Source of the DNA: a virus
Taxonomy: Duplodnaviria > Heunggongvirae > Uroviricota > Caudoviricetes
DNA: 10,970 nucleotides
Strand: one strand, 5' to 3'
Virus record (IMG/VR): IMGVR_UViG_2585427777_000025
Shown here: one piece after another, positions 1 through 10,970 of the stretch
How the letters are laid out: every line of letters starts with the position of its first letter
Numbering within the stretch: position 1 is the first letter of the stretch
Notes under the pieces: model-generated
Seen by the model: only the letters and a program-made list of their open reading frames with translations
The model's database searches: none
Told to the model about the DNA's origin: nothing
Program-made: the position numbers and the translations under genes

Positions 1-1284
1 TTACAGACTTCTGGAAGGTTGCGCAGCTCTTACAACACGCGGTTGATCTTCCGCAGCGTCTTCCAGCGCACTTAAATCACGGTCTTTCACCTCTGGCATT
101 TTCAGCGCAGAGATTAAACCAATCACTGAATATGCCATGATCATAATGGCGATCGGATACCAGGATTCCGTCATGGTGCAGAAAATCCCCGCCAGGATAG
201 GACCAAAACCGGAAGCGATAAGACCACCAATTTCTTTAGAAATAGCCATCCGGGTAAAGCGGTTTTTACAGCCGAACATTTCTGCCATGGTAATGTTTTC
301 CAGAGCAAATAATCCCAGCACCGCACAGTTATGAATCACAATCAGTGCAACCATAATGGTGCTCGGGGCATAGCTTTTATCTACAATGATAGAAAGCATT
401 GGCCATGCCAGCACAATCGCGGAGGTATTCATAATAATATACGGGATCCGGCGACCAATTTTATCGGATAACCAACCAAGGAACGGAATGGTCATAAAGC
501 CGAGAATCGAACTGATCATCAATGCATCTGTTGGAATTGCTTTGTTAAACAATAACGTCTGCACTAAATAGCCTGCAAGGAAAGTCTGAATTAACCCGGA
601 GTTACCCGCCTGACCAAAACGCAGCCCTGTTGCCAGCCAGAAGGATTTGCTCTGGAACATGCTACCAGCAGGTGCAGGTTTTGCTGTCGGTTGGTTACTG
701 TCGTTAACCTTCTCAAAGACCGGGCTTTCTTTCAGATTCATACGCAACCAGATAGCAAAGACCATCACGACAACACTCGCCAGGAACGGTATACGCCATC
801 CCCACGCCAGCAGTTCCTCTTTACTGAGAATGAAGAACATAAAGGCCCAGATTGCCGTTGCGCTCAAGGTTCCGCAGTTAGTTCCCATAGCCACAAATGA
901 GGAGATAATTCCGCGCTTACCTTTTGGCGCATATTCCGCCAGCATCGTACCGGCACCGGAAATTTCCGCACCTGCACCCAACCCCTGAATAATACGCAAC
1001 GTCACCAGCAAGATGGGTGCAAAAACACCAATCTGTGCATAGGTCGGTAACACACCAATTAAGGTGGTACAGTTCCCCATCATGGTGATGGTAATAAAGA
1101 GCACTTTTTTACGCCCTATTCTGTCGCCCATTTTGCCGAAAATAAATGCTCCGACAATACGCGCCACATAACCTGCACCGTAGGTTCCCATTGCCAGAAT
1201 TAACGCCATTGCCGTTGATGATTCAGGAAAAAATATTTCATGAAACACTAACGCTGCGCCGAGCGAATATAACTGGAAATCCAT
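1..1284 (-). CDS. ydfJ: MFS-family metabolite:H+ symporter (ProP/KgtP-like), N-terminally truncated at the prophage junction
   Basis: 427-aa ORF in the track with multiple hydrophobic segments and the MFS loop motif GKMGDRIGRKK. By my recalled alignment to ProP it lacks about 28-35 N-terminal residues. An in-frame TGA sits two codons upstream of the ATG (plus 1288-1290), so the frame cannot extend. No obvious Shine-Dalgarno sequence. Stop codon is at 1-3. Confidence 0.85.
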   Translation of the reverse strand: MDFQLYSLGAALVFHEIFFPESSTAMALILAMGTYGAGYVARIVGAFIFGKMGDRIGRKKVLFITITMMGNCTTLIGVLPTYAQIGVFAPILLVTLRIIQGLGAGAEISGAGTMLAEYAPKGKRGIISSFVAMGTNCGTLSATAIWAFMFFILSKEELLAWGWRIPFLASVVVMVFAIWLRMNLKESPVFEKVNDSNQPTAKPAPAGSMFQSKSFWLATGLRFGQAGNSGLIQTFLAGYLVQTLLFNKAIPTDALMISSILGFMTIPFLGWLSDKIGRRIPYIIMNTSAIVLAWPMLSIIVDKSYAPSTIMVALIVIHNCAVLGLFALENITMAEMFGCKNRFTRMAISKEIGGLIASGFGPILAGIFCTMTESWYPIAIMIMAYSVIGLISALKMPEVKDRDLSALEDAAEDQPRVVRAAQPSRSL

Positions 1285-1888
1285 AATTCACAGGTGTTTT
1301 TTCCCATCCTGTGGTTTCCTTAGCGTTTTCTAGGTTTTTTCAGATAGTTGCATTTTTTTAAAAAGCATCCTAAGTTCGATCTCAGTGTCTATCTGGGGCC
1401 TATTTCTGTCCCATATATGCCCCAAAAAAACTCCCCAACAGATAAGTAGTTTTTTCATGGATTTATGCGTAAAATCAAGAACGGCTGGAAATCATTCAAT
1501 ACTCACACTATCGAAAAATTTACCAGCCAATCGCAGCACGTTCTTGCATAAGGCGTGTCTGCGGTTTTTCAACTATTCAGATACATCACTCCCATCACAT
1601 TCATTCCTCCGCATCAAAGGCATATAGGCTATATCACCTTGATATTTTTCTTTTTCAGATAAAAACTGTTATCTATGTATACTTTTAAACCCAATCCGTG
1701 TAGAGTCTCTGCATAAGATAGTTTGCAGTTGCCGCTTCAGCTTGCGCCATAAACCGCCTGATTTTTGCTGCCACCTGTTAGCATTCCTGTATACCTGAAA
1801 CGACAATGTTTATCTACGAACTTTAAGAACACCCAAGATAAAAATTGTCAACTATATCATATATAACACATTACTAATTCGAGGCTAT

Positions 1889-2002
1889 ATGAACAGCATA
1901 CTGATAATCACATCTCTCCTTATCATATTCAGCATTTTTAGTCATGCCCTAATAAAATTAGGGATTGGCATATCCAATAACCCAGACAAAACCGATGTAT
2001 AA
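1889..2002 (+). CDS. hypothetical small hydrophobic protein (37 aa, single predicted transmembrane helix)
   Basis: ATG at 1889 preceded by GAGG 4 nt upstream; my translation is [37 protein letters not shown], ending at TAA 2000-2002. Lies 68 bp upstream of the ydfK-like gene on the same strand. Below the size cutoff of the ORF track; no homology evidence. Confidence 0.25.
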
Positions 2003-2070
2003 GTCAACATATCCTGAATCAGACATACAATATCGCAATGAAAATCAATAATATTTTAAGGAATATCTTC

Positions 2071-2304
2071 ATGAAATCAAAAGACACCCTAAAGTGGTTC
2101 CCTGCGCAGCTTCCTGAAGTAAGAATTATCCTAGGGGATGCTGTAGTGGAAGTAGCAAAACAGGGAAGACCTATCAATACCAGAACATTGCTTGATTACA
2201 TTGAAGGAAACATAAAGAAAAAATCATGGCTGGATAACAAAGAATTATTACAAACAGCGATATCAGTTCTTAAAGACAACCAAAATTTAAATGGTAAAAT
2301 GTAA
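2071..2304 (+). CDS. ydfK: YdfK/YnaE-family small prophage protein (cold-shock-inducible family)
   Basis: 77 codons from the ATG at 2071, which has AAGGA 8 nt upstream; the track ORF 2038-2304 starts at an upstream ATG with no RBS. Sequence MKSKDTLKWFPAQLPEVRIILGD... matches my memory of YdfK/YnaE, which sit next to pin at the ends of Qin and Rac. Confidence 0.8.
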   Translation: MKSKDTLKWFPAQLPEVRIILGDAVVEVAKQGRPINTRTLLDYIEGNIKKKSWLDNKELLQTAISVLKDNQNLNGKM

Positions 2305-2620
2305 TATAATAAACTTACTTTTTTATCATTTTTCCACTTTAACAACATTTTGCTCCACTTTTCCACGACCAAACAACTTGAAATCTGGTTAAAATAACAC
2401 GCAACACTATTCTTCTTCCTTGAGTCCGCCCGGAACTCGAAAAACAAACCGAGTTAAAGCCATTTTTCACAAAATCGATTTTGGGTCTCACCAAAATTAC
2501 GGGGTTGCATACGCATTCGTTTATTTTCGAACGTGTACATACAAATATGCACAAAAATAATCATAATTATTTTCTGAGATGCATTATGATATGAACACCA
2601 ATTTCGTATAGAGTCTCACT

Positions 2621-3211
2621 ATGTCTCAAATTTTTGCTTACTGTCGGATATCAACGCTGGATCAGACCACCGAAAATCAACGCCGGGAAATCGAAAGTGC
2701 AGGTTTTAAAATCAAACCTCAGCAAATAATCGAAGAACACATTAGCGGCTCAGCAGCAACCAGTGAGCGTCCTGGTTTTAACCGGTTGCTTGCTCGCCTG
2801 AAATGTGGTGATCAATTGATTGTGACAAAACTGGATCGCCTTGGTTGTAATGCAATGGATATCAGGAAAACAGTGGAACAACTGACCGAAACAGGTATCA
2901 GAGTACATTGCTTAGCATTGGGGGGCATTGACCTGACCAGTCCAACAGGAAAAATGATGATGCAAGTAATTTCAGCAGTCGCTGAATTTGAACGAGACCT
3001 TTTACTTGAACGCACTCATTCCGGGATAGTAAGAGCCCGCGGCGCAGGGAAACGTTTTGGTCGACCACCTGTGTTAAATGAAGAACAGAAACAGGCGGTA
3101 TTCGAACGAATTAAGTCAGGTGTAAGTATAAGTGCCATTGCCCGGGAATTCAAAACCTCGCGGCAAACCATTTTAAGAGCCAAAGCAAAACTTCAGACAC
3201 CTGACATATAA
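2621..3211 (+). CDS. pinQ: serine recombinase (resolvase/invertase family), PinQ/PinR-like
   Basis: 196-aa ORF with the N-terminal catalytic motif Y-C-R-I-S-T-L-D-Q (serine recombinase Y-x-R-x-S-T-x-x-Q), the conserved [12 protein letters not shown] segment and a C-terminal helix-turn-helix region ([19 protein letters not shown]). Motifs look intact. Confidence 0.85.
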   Translation: MSQIFAYCRISTLDQTTENQRREIESAGFKIKPQQIIEEHISGSAATSERPGFNRLLARLKCGDQLIVTKLDRLGCNAMDIRKTVEQLTETGIRVHCLALGGIDLTSPTGKMMMQVISAVAEFERDLLLERTHSGIVRARGAGKRFGRPPVLNEEQKQAVFERIKSGVSISAIAREFKTSRQTILRAKAKLQTPDI

Positions 3212-3308
3212 AAAATAATCTCGGTGTGAGATGCTTTACGTCTTCCAAGCCCCCTTCCTTGCCGTAAATGGAAAGATACATCTAATTATAGAATTTATAT
3301 GTTTTACC

Positions 3309-3884
3309 CTACGGCAGTGCTGGCCATTCAATATCCTGTGCAGTTGACGTATCAACACGGTTCAGCAATACCCGATACTTTTTCCATGCTTCCAGCAACG
3401 AGATTTCTTCCTCCGTTGCAATTTCCAGATCTGCAGCATCCTGAAGCGGCGCAATATGCTCACTGGCTACCTGCATCAGGTTGTTTTTTGTTTCTTCCGC
3501 CTCCCGGATCCGGAACAGTTTTTCTGCTTCCGTATCCTTCACCCAGGCTGTGCCGTTCCACTTCTGAAACTCCCCTTCCGGCGATAACCAGGTAACATTT
3601 TCCGGTAACGGACCGAGTTCAGAAATAAATAACGCGTCGCCGGAAGCCACGTCATAAACCGTTTTACCCCGATGATCTTCAACGAGATGCCACGATGACT
3701 CATCACTGTTGAAAACAGCCACGAAGCCAGCCGGAATATCTGGCGGTGCAATATCGGTACTGTTTGCTGGCAGACCTGTATGAGGCGGAATATATGCATC
3801 ACCTTCACCAATAAATTCATTAGTTCCGGCCAGCAGATTATAAATTTTTATGGTCCGTGGTTGTTCACTCATTCTGAATGCCAT
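3309..3884 (-). CDS. tfaQ: tail fibre assembly protein (lambda Tfa-like)
   Basis: 191-aa ORF beginning [24 protein letters not shown]..., collinear with lambda Tfa as I recall it. Its ATG (3882-3884) overlaps the stf stop (3884-3886) as TAATG, suggesting translational coupling. Confidence 0.85.
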
Positions 3885-4846
3885 TATGCAAGCCTCACAA
3901 TATAGTTAAATGCGATGTTTTTGACGGTGTTTTCCGCGTTACCAGCAGCGTTAACGGTGATGGTGTGTCCATGTGAACCAATCGCAACGGAGTGCGTATG
4001 AGCACCAATACCGACAGTATGTGCATGTGCGCCTGCGCTTGCAGCAGTGCCGGACAGCGAGTGGGTATGAGCACCATCTGATGATGTCTTCCCTGCATTA
4101 CGAGTCTGGCCACTACCGCTTGTTGTGCTCATAATCCCCGCGCTTAGATTTGAAATCGCGGTATAACCATTAGGGAAAATGCTCGTGTTCGTGCCACCAA
4201 ATGCACCGGAACTCTTGTGTTGGTGCGCACCGGCACTATTTGCGGTCCCGCTAATACTATGGGTATGCGCCCCGGTGTTATTCGTGGATTTGGTTCCGTA
4301 ATCAAACGACGATGTGGTTTTCGTCCCCAAATCCGTACTGGATGCGCTGGCGCTGTGGGTGTGCGATTTAATGCCGTCCTGTTCCTGAGATAATACGGCC
4401 CGACCACTGGCGGGCTTGCCCTTAATCGTCCAGCCACGCATATCAGGGATCACGCCTGACGGATAAGCAACTGCAAGTTTCGGGTATGCAGATTTGTCAA
4501 AAGTCTGCCCCTGCATCAGGGCATAACCAGACGGAACGGTATCTGATGGCCACGGGATTGGTGCACCGACTGGATAAAACTCTGCAGGAGGATGAGCCGA
4601 GGTGTAAAGCTGCGCCCACGGCGACCAGTTTGCGTCGGTCGTATCCCGTCGTGAACGAATAAATGCCGGAGCATGAGCACCGCTTGTACCACTCCAGCCG
4701 ATGAGTAACTCACCTTCGCCAACGGCTGTCATCCCTTTCAGGTGAATGATATTTCCATACGCTGTTGGATATCCGTTGTTATACACCTCGTATAACTCAA
4801 GACCTGCTGCCCCCTGCGTATTGTCTGTCAGCGCGGTTAACCTCAC
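3884..4846 (-). CDS. stfQ: side tail fibre protein, C-terminal (distal) fragment; 5'-truncated remnant
   Basis: Open frame 3884-4855 in the track (323 aa, TTG start). A GTG at 4844-4846 would give 320 aa. Both candidate starts lie inside sequence derived from capsid gene E; the stf-derived sequence begins around 4837 ([12 protein letters not shown]...). The C-terminal half is rich in GAHTHS / AGAHAH repeats typical of tail-fibre tips. No shaft or baseplate-attachment domain is present. Confidence 0.7.
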
Positions 4847-5024
4847 CGGAAACAATCGGCGAAACGTACAGCGCCATGTTTACCAGTCCCGGAATTTGTG
4901 AGAGATAGACTTTCTCCGTGGTGAAGGGATAGCTCTCACGGAAAAAGAGACGCAGAAACAGCGGATCAAACTTAAATTTCTGCTCATTTGCCGCCAGCAG
5001 TTGGGCGGTTGTGTACATCGACAT
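4838..5024 (-). pseudogene. E: major capsid protein E, N-terminal 62-codon remnant
   Basis: Track ORF 4797-5024 begins MSMYTTAQLLAANEQKFKFDPLFLRLFFRESYPF...VSPIVSGEV, matching the lambda gpE N-terminus as I recall it, then diverges after codon 62 into 13 out-of-frame codons and a stop. Lies about 56 bp downstream of D, as in lambda. Confidence 0.8.
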
Positions 5025-5038
5025 AAAAAAATCCCGTA

Positions 5039-5060
5039 AAAAAAAGCCGCACAGGCGGCC
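5039..5060 (-). terminator. candidate stem-loop with U-tract between D and E (weak intrinsic terminator or mRNA processing/stability element)
   Basis: On the minus strand just after the D stop: GCCGC-CTGT-GCGGC (5-bp GC stem, 4-nt loop; plus 5046-5059) followed by T7. The stem is short, so termination is likely partial at most. Coordinates may be off by 1. Confidence 0.3.
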
Positions 5061-5080
5061 TTTAGTGATGAAGGGTAAAG

Positions 5081-5413
5081 TTAAACGATGCTGATTGCCG
5101 TTCCGGCAAACGCGGTCCGTTTTTTCGTCTCGTCGCTGGCAGCCTCCGGCCAGAGCACATCCTCATAACGGAACGTGCCGGACTTGTAGAACGTCAGCGT
5201 GGTGCTGGTCTGGTCAGCAGCAACCGCAAGAATGCCAACGGCAGCACCGTCGGTGGTGCCATCCCACGCAACCAGCTTACGGCTGGAGGTGTCCAGCATC
5301 AGCGGGGTCATTGCAGGCGCTTTCGCACTCAATCCGCCGGGCGCGGTTGCGGTATGAGCCGGGTCACTGTTGCCCAGCGGCTGGTAATGGGTAAAGGTTT
5401 CTTTGCTCGTCAT
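5081..5413 (-). CDS. D: head decoration protein (lambda gpD-like)
   Basis: 110 codons from the second ATG ([27 protein letters not shown]...), matching lambda gpD length and sequence from memory; the track ORF starts two codons earlier (MFM...). Begins 9 nt after the C stop. Confidence 0.9.
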   Translation of the reverse strand: MTSKETFTHYQPLGNSDPAHTATAPGGLSAKAPAMTPLMLDTSSRKLVAWDGTTDGAAVGILAVAADQTSTTLTFYKSGTFRYEDVLWPEAASDETKKRTAFAGTAISIV

Positions 5414-5422
5414 AAACATCCC

Positions 5423-6028
5423 TTACACTGGTGTGTTCAGCAAATCGTTAACGGCATCAGATGCCGGGTTACCTGCAGCCAGCGGTGCCGGTGCCCCCTG
5501 CATCAGACGATCCAGCGCAGTGTCACTGCGCGCCTGTGCACTCTGTGGTGCTGCGGCCAGAATGCGGCGGGCCGTTTCCACGGTCATACCGGGGGTTTCT
5601 GCCAGCACGCGTGCCTGTTCTTCGCGTCCGTGAGCCTCCTCACAGTTGAGGATCCCCATAATGCGGCTGTTTTCTGCCGCAACCGCTGCGGTGATCTGCG
5701 CGTTCACGTCCGGCTGCGCCGCGCTGGCGTTTTCGCCCTCCGTCGCTGGCACCACGTCAGTAACGTCAGCCTGCGAAGCAGTGGCTGAAACAGTTGTTGA
5801 TTGAGTCTCTTTGGTCATTCGCCCTCCTGAGAGACGGGATTTACGTGCATCCAGTGCATCACGCATGACGGTGATCGCATCGGTGCTGTTAACAAGTTCA
5901 TCAGCCAGTCCGGCATCAATGGCCTCCTGACCGCTGTACACTGCAGCCTCGGTATCCAGCACAGCCTGCACGGACAGGCCGGTATATGCCGACACCTTCT
6001 GCGCAAACATCTGGCGGGTTGCGTCCAT
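5423..6028 (-). CDS. nu3: scaffolding protein Nu3-like, in-frame internal start within C
   Basis: In-frame ATG at 6026-6028 (MDATRQMFAQKVSAYTG...) gives 201 aa sharing the C stop, the nested arrangement known for lambda C/Nu3. No strong Shine-Dalgarno seen; assigned by position and length. Confidence 0.55.
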   Translation of the reverse strand: MDATRQMFAQKVSAYTGLSVQAVLDTEAAVYSGQEAIDAGLADELVNSTDAITVMRDALDARKSRLSGGRMTKETQSTTVSATASQADVTDVVPATEGENASAAQPDVNAQITAAVAAENSRIMGILNCEEAHGREEQARVLAETPGMTVETARRILAAAPQSAQARSDTALDRLMQGAPAPLAAGNPASDAVNDLLNTPV

Positions 6029-6722
6029 CCGGGACTGCAGTGTCTCCCGGACGTCATCCGGAAGATGGCTGTAGGGGTTGCCATCCACCTTATGGCTGCC
6101 GCTGTAAATCAGAGTGATTTCCACACCCTGTTTCTCCAGCGCAGCACCGTAATTACTGTGAGCCATCATGACGCCGATGGAGCCTGTCCGGGCGGTCTGC
6201 GTGACCAGACGCCGGGAGGCGGCACTGGCAAGCAGCTGACCTGCACTGCAGTTCATGTCGTTGGCCAGCGCCCATACCGGTTTTATGTCACGCACACGGG
6301 CGATGATGTCAGCGCAGTCAAATGCCCCCGCCACCATCCCGCCGGGCGTGTCCATATCGAGCAGAATGCCGTCCACCATCGGATCGCTGGCAGCCTGTTG
6401 CAGACGGGCGATAATGCCGTTGTAACCGGTCATCCCCGAGTACGGCTGCAGCGCCCGCGTCCGGCTGACCAGCGTGCCGGACACCGGCAGCACGGCGATG
6501 CCGTTCATGACCTGATAACTGCGGGCCTGTCGTGGTCCGTCATCATCACCGGATAATGCCAGCGTCGCGAGTGCCTCCTGGGCAGTCAGGCTGTCGCCGG
6601 ACACCGCATCCATCAGGCGGCTGATCCCAAGCTGGCCTGCAAGCGCACAAAAGAAAACCCGCGCATAGGCGGGTTCAAGCATCAGCGGCTCATTAAAAGC
6701 CATGCTGGCAATATGCGGGAGA

Positions 6723-6742
<20 letters not shown>
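5423..6742 (-). CDS. C: prohead protease / minor capsid protein (lambda gpC-like, ClpP/S49-like fold)
   Basis: 439 codons from a GTG at 6740-6742 (VTAELRNLPHIASMAFNEPLML...), preceded by GAGGAGGAGAAGA; the track ORF extends further upstream in frame through the overlap with B. The start overlaps the end of B by 20 nt. Confidence 0.9.
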
Positions 6743-10424
<3,682 letters not shown>

Positions 10425-10450
<26 letters not shown>

Positions 10451-10970
10451 TCAGCAACCCCGGTATCAGTTCATCCAGCGCGGCTGCTTTGTTCATGGCT
10501 TTGATGATATCCCGTTTCAGGAAATCAACATGTCGGTTTTCCAGTTCCGGAAAACGCCGCTGCACCGACAGGGGGATCCCGTCGAGAATACTGGCAATTT
10601 CACCTGCGATCCGCGACAGCACGAAAGTACAGAATGCGGTTTCCACCACTTCAGCGGAGTCTCTGGCATTTTTCAGCTCCTGTGCGTCGGCCTGCGCACG
10701 CGTAAGTCGATGGCGTTCGTACTCAATAGTCCCTGGCTGGAGATCTGTCTCGCTGGCCTGCCGCAGTTCTTCAACTTCCCGGCGCAGCTTTTCGTTCTCA
10801 ATTTCAGCATCCCTTTCGGCATACCATCTTATAACGGCGGCAGAGTCATAAAGCACCTCATTACCCTTGCCACCGCCTCGCAGAACGGGCATTCCCTGTT
10901 CCTGCCAGTTCTGAATGGTACGGATACTCGCACCGAAAATGTCAGCCAGCTGCTTTTTGTTGACTTCCAT
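10425..10970 (-). CDS. nu1: terminase small subunit (lambda Nu1-like)
   Basis: 181-aa ORF MEVNKKQLADIFGASIRTIQNWQEQGMPVLRGGGKGNEVLYDS..., with the N-terminal winged-HTH DNA-binding region. The start codon is the last 3 nt of the window, so cos and any upstream sequence lie outside it. Confidence 0.9.

Noticed and set aside
1365-1395. tRNA-like T-loop fragment (AGTTCGATCTC) near the prophage junction as a tRNA-type att site
   Set aside because: No acceptor stem, anticodon arm or CCA context can be built around it; the junction is better explained by the truncated transporter gene.
1385-1627. 80-aa plus-strand ORF in the AT-rich region near the junction
   Set aside because: GTG start with no ribosome-binding site, and a low-complexity translation with no recognisable domain; most likely a chance ORF.
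2440-2460. Gix/hix-like half-site (AAACCGAG) upstream of pin as a crossover site
   Set aside because: Only one half resembles the consensus I recall for Gin/Hin crossover sites; there is no dyad symmetry and no partner site, and an 8-mer match is expected many times by chance in 11 kb.
2196-2554. Minus-strand ORFs 2196-2447 and 2339-2554 across the ydfK 3' end and the ydfK-pin intergenic region
   Set aside because: They overlap the better-supported ydfK-like gene or the repeat-rich intergenic region, have Phe/Leu/Cys-rich translations typical of reversed AT-rich sequence, and no RBS.
3255-3285. Imperfect palindrome TTCCTTGCCGTAAATGGAAAG in the pin-tfa gap as a crossover site or bidirectional terminator
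   Set aside because: Arm symmetry is poor, there is no convincing partner copy inside stf, and no flanking T-tract; it cannot be distinguished from chance.
4797-5024. The 75-aa ORF as an intact small protein
   Set aside because: Its first 62 residues are the N-terminus of the major capsid protein and the rest is out-of-frame sequence from the deletion junction; it is a gene remnant.
5095-5788. Plus-strand ORFs (5095-5394, 5354-5788, 5403-5633, 5461-5649) antisense to D and C
   Set aside because: They lie entirely within well-supported minus-strand head genes in GC-rich DNA, where long antisense open frames arise by chance. The translations are Arg/Cys/Pro-rich with no recognisable motifs.

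Overview
This window is one end of a defective lambdoid (Qin/Rac-type) prophage plus the host gene it interrupts. From left to right: a host MFS transporter gene (ydfJ-like, minus strand, N-terminally truncated at the prophage junction); an AT-rich accessory region with a small ydfK-like gene and a serine recombinase (pin-like); a distal tail-fibre cassette (tfa plus a C-terminal stf fragment); a deletion junction fusing that stf fragment to codon 62 of major capsid gene E; and a near-lambda head/packaging module on the minus strand (D, C with nested Nu3, B, W, A, Nu1). The terminase large-subunit gene A is split by a +1 frameshift in a homopolymer run. I found no rRNA, tRNA or CRISPR array. 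Nothing here looks to me like a wholly new system; the points worth follow-up are the two decay lesions, the recombinase with no visible invertible segment, a candidate small membrane ORF and the prophage-host junction. All homology calls are from memory of protein families, not from a database search. One caveat: my position counting near 4980-5025 disagrees with the ORF track by 1 nt, so coordinates between roughly 4980 and 5080 may be off by one; I used the track where they conflict.
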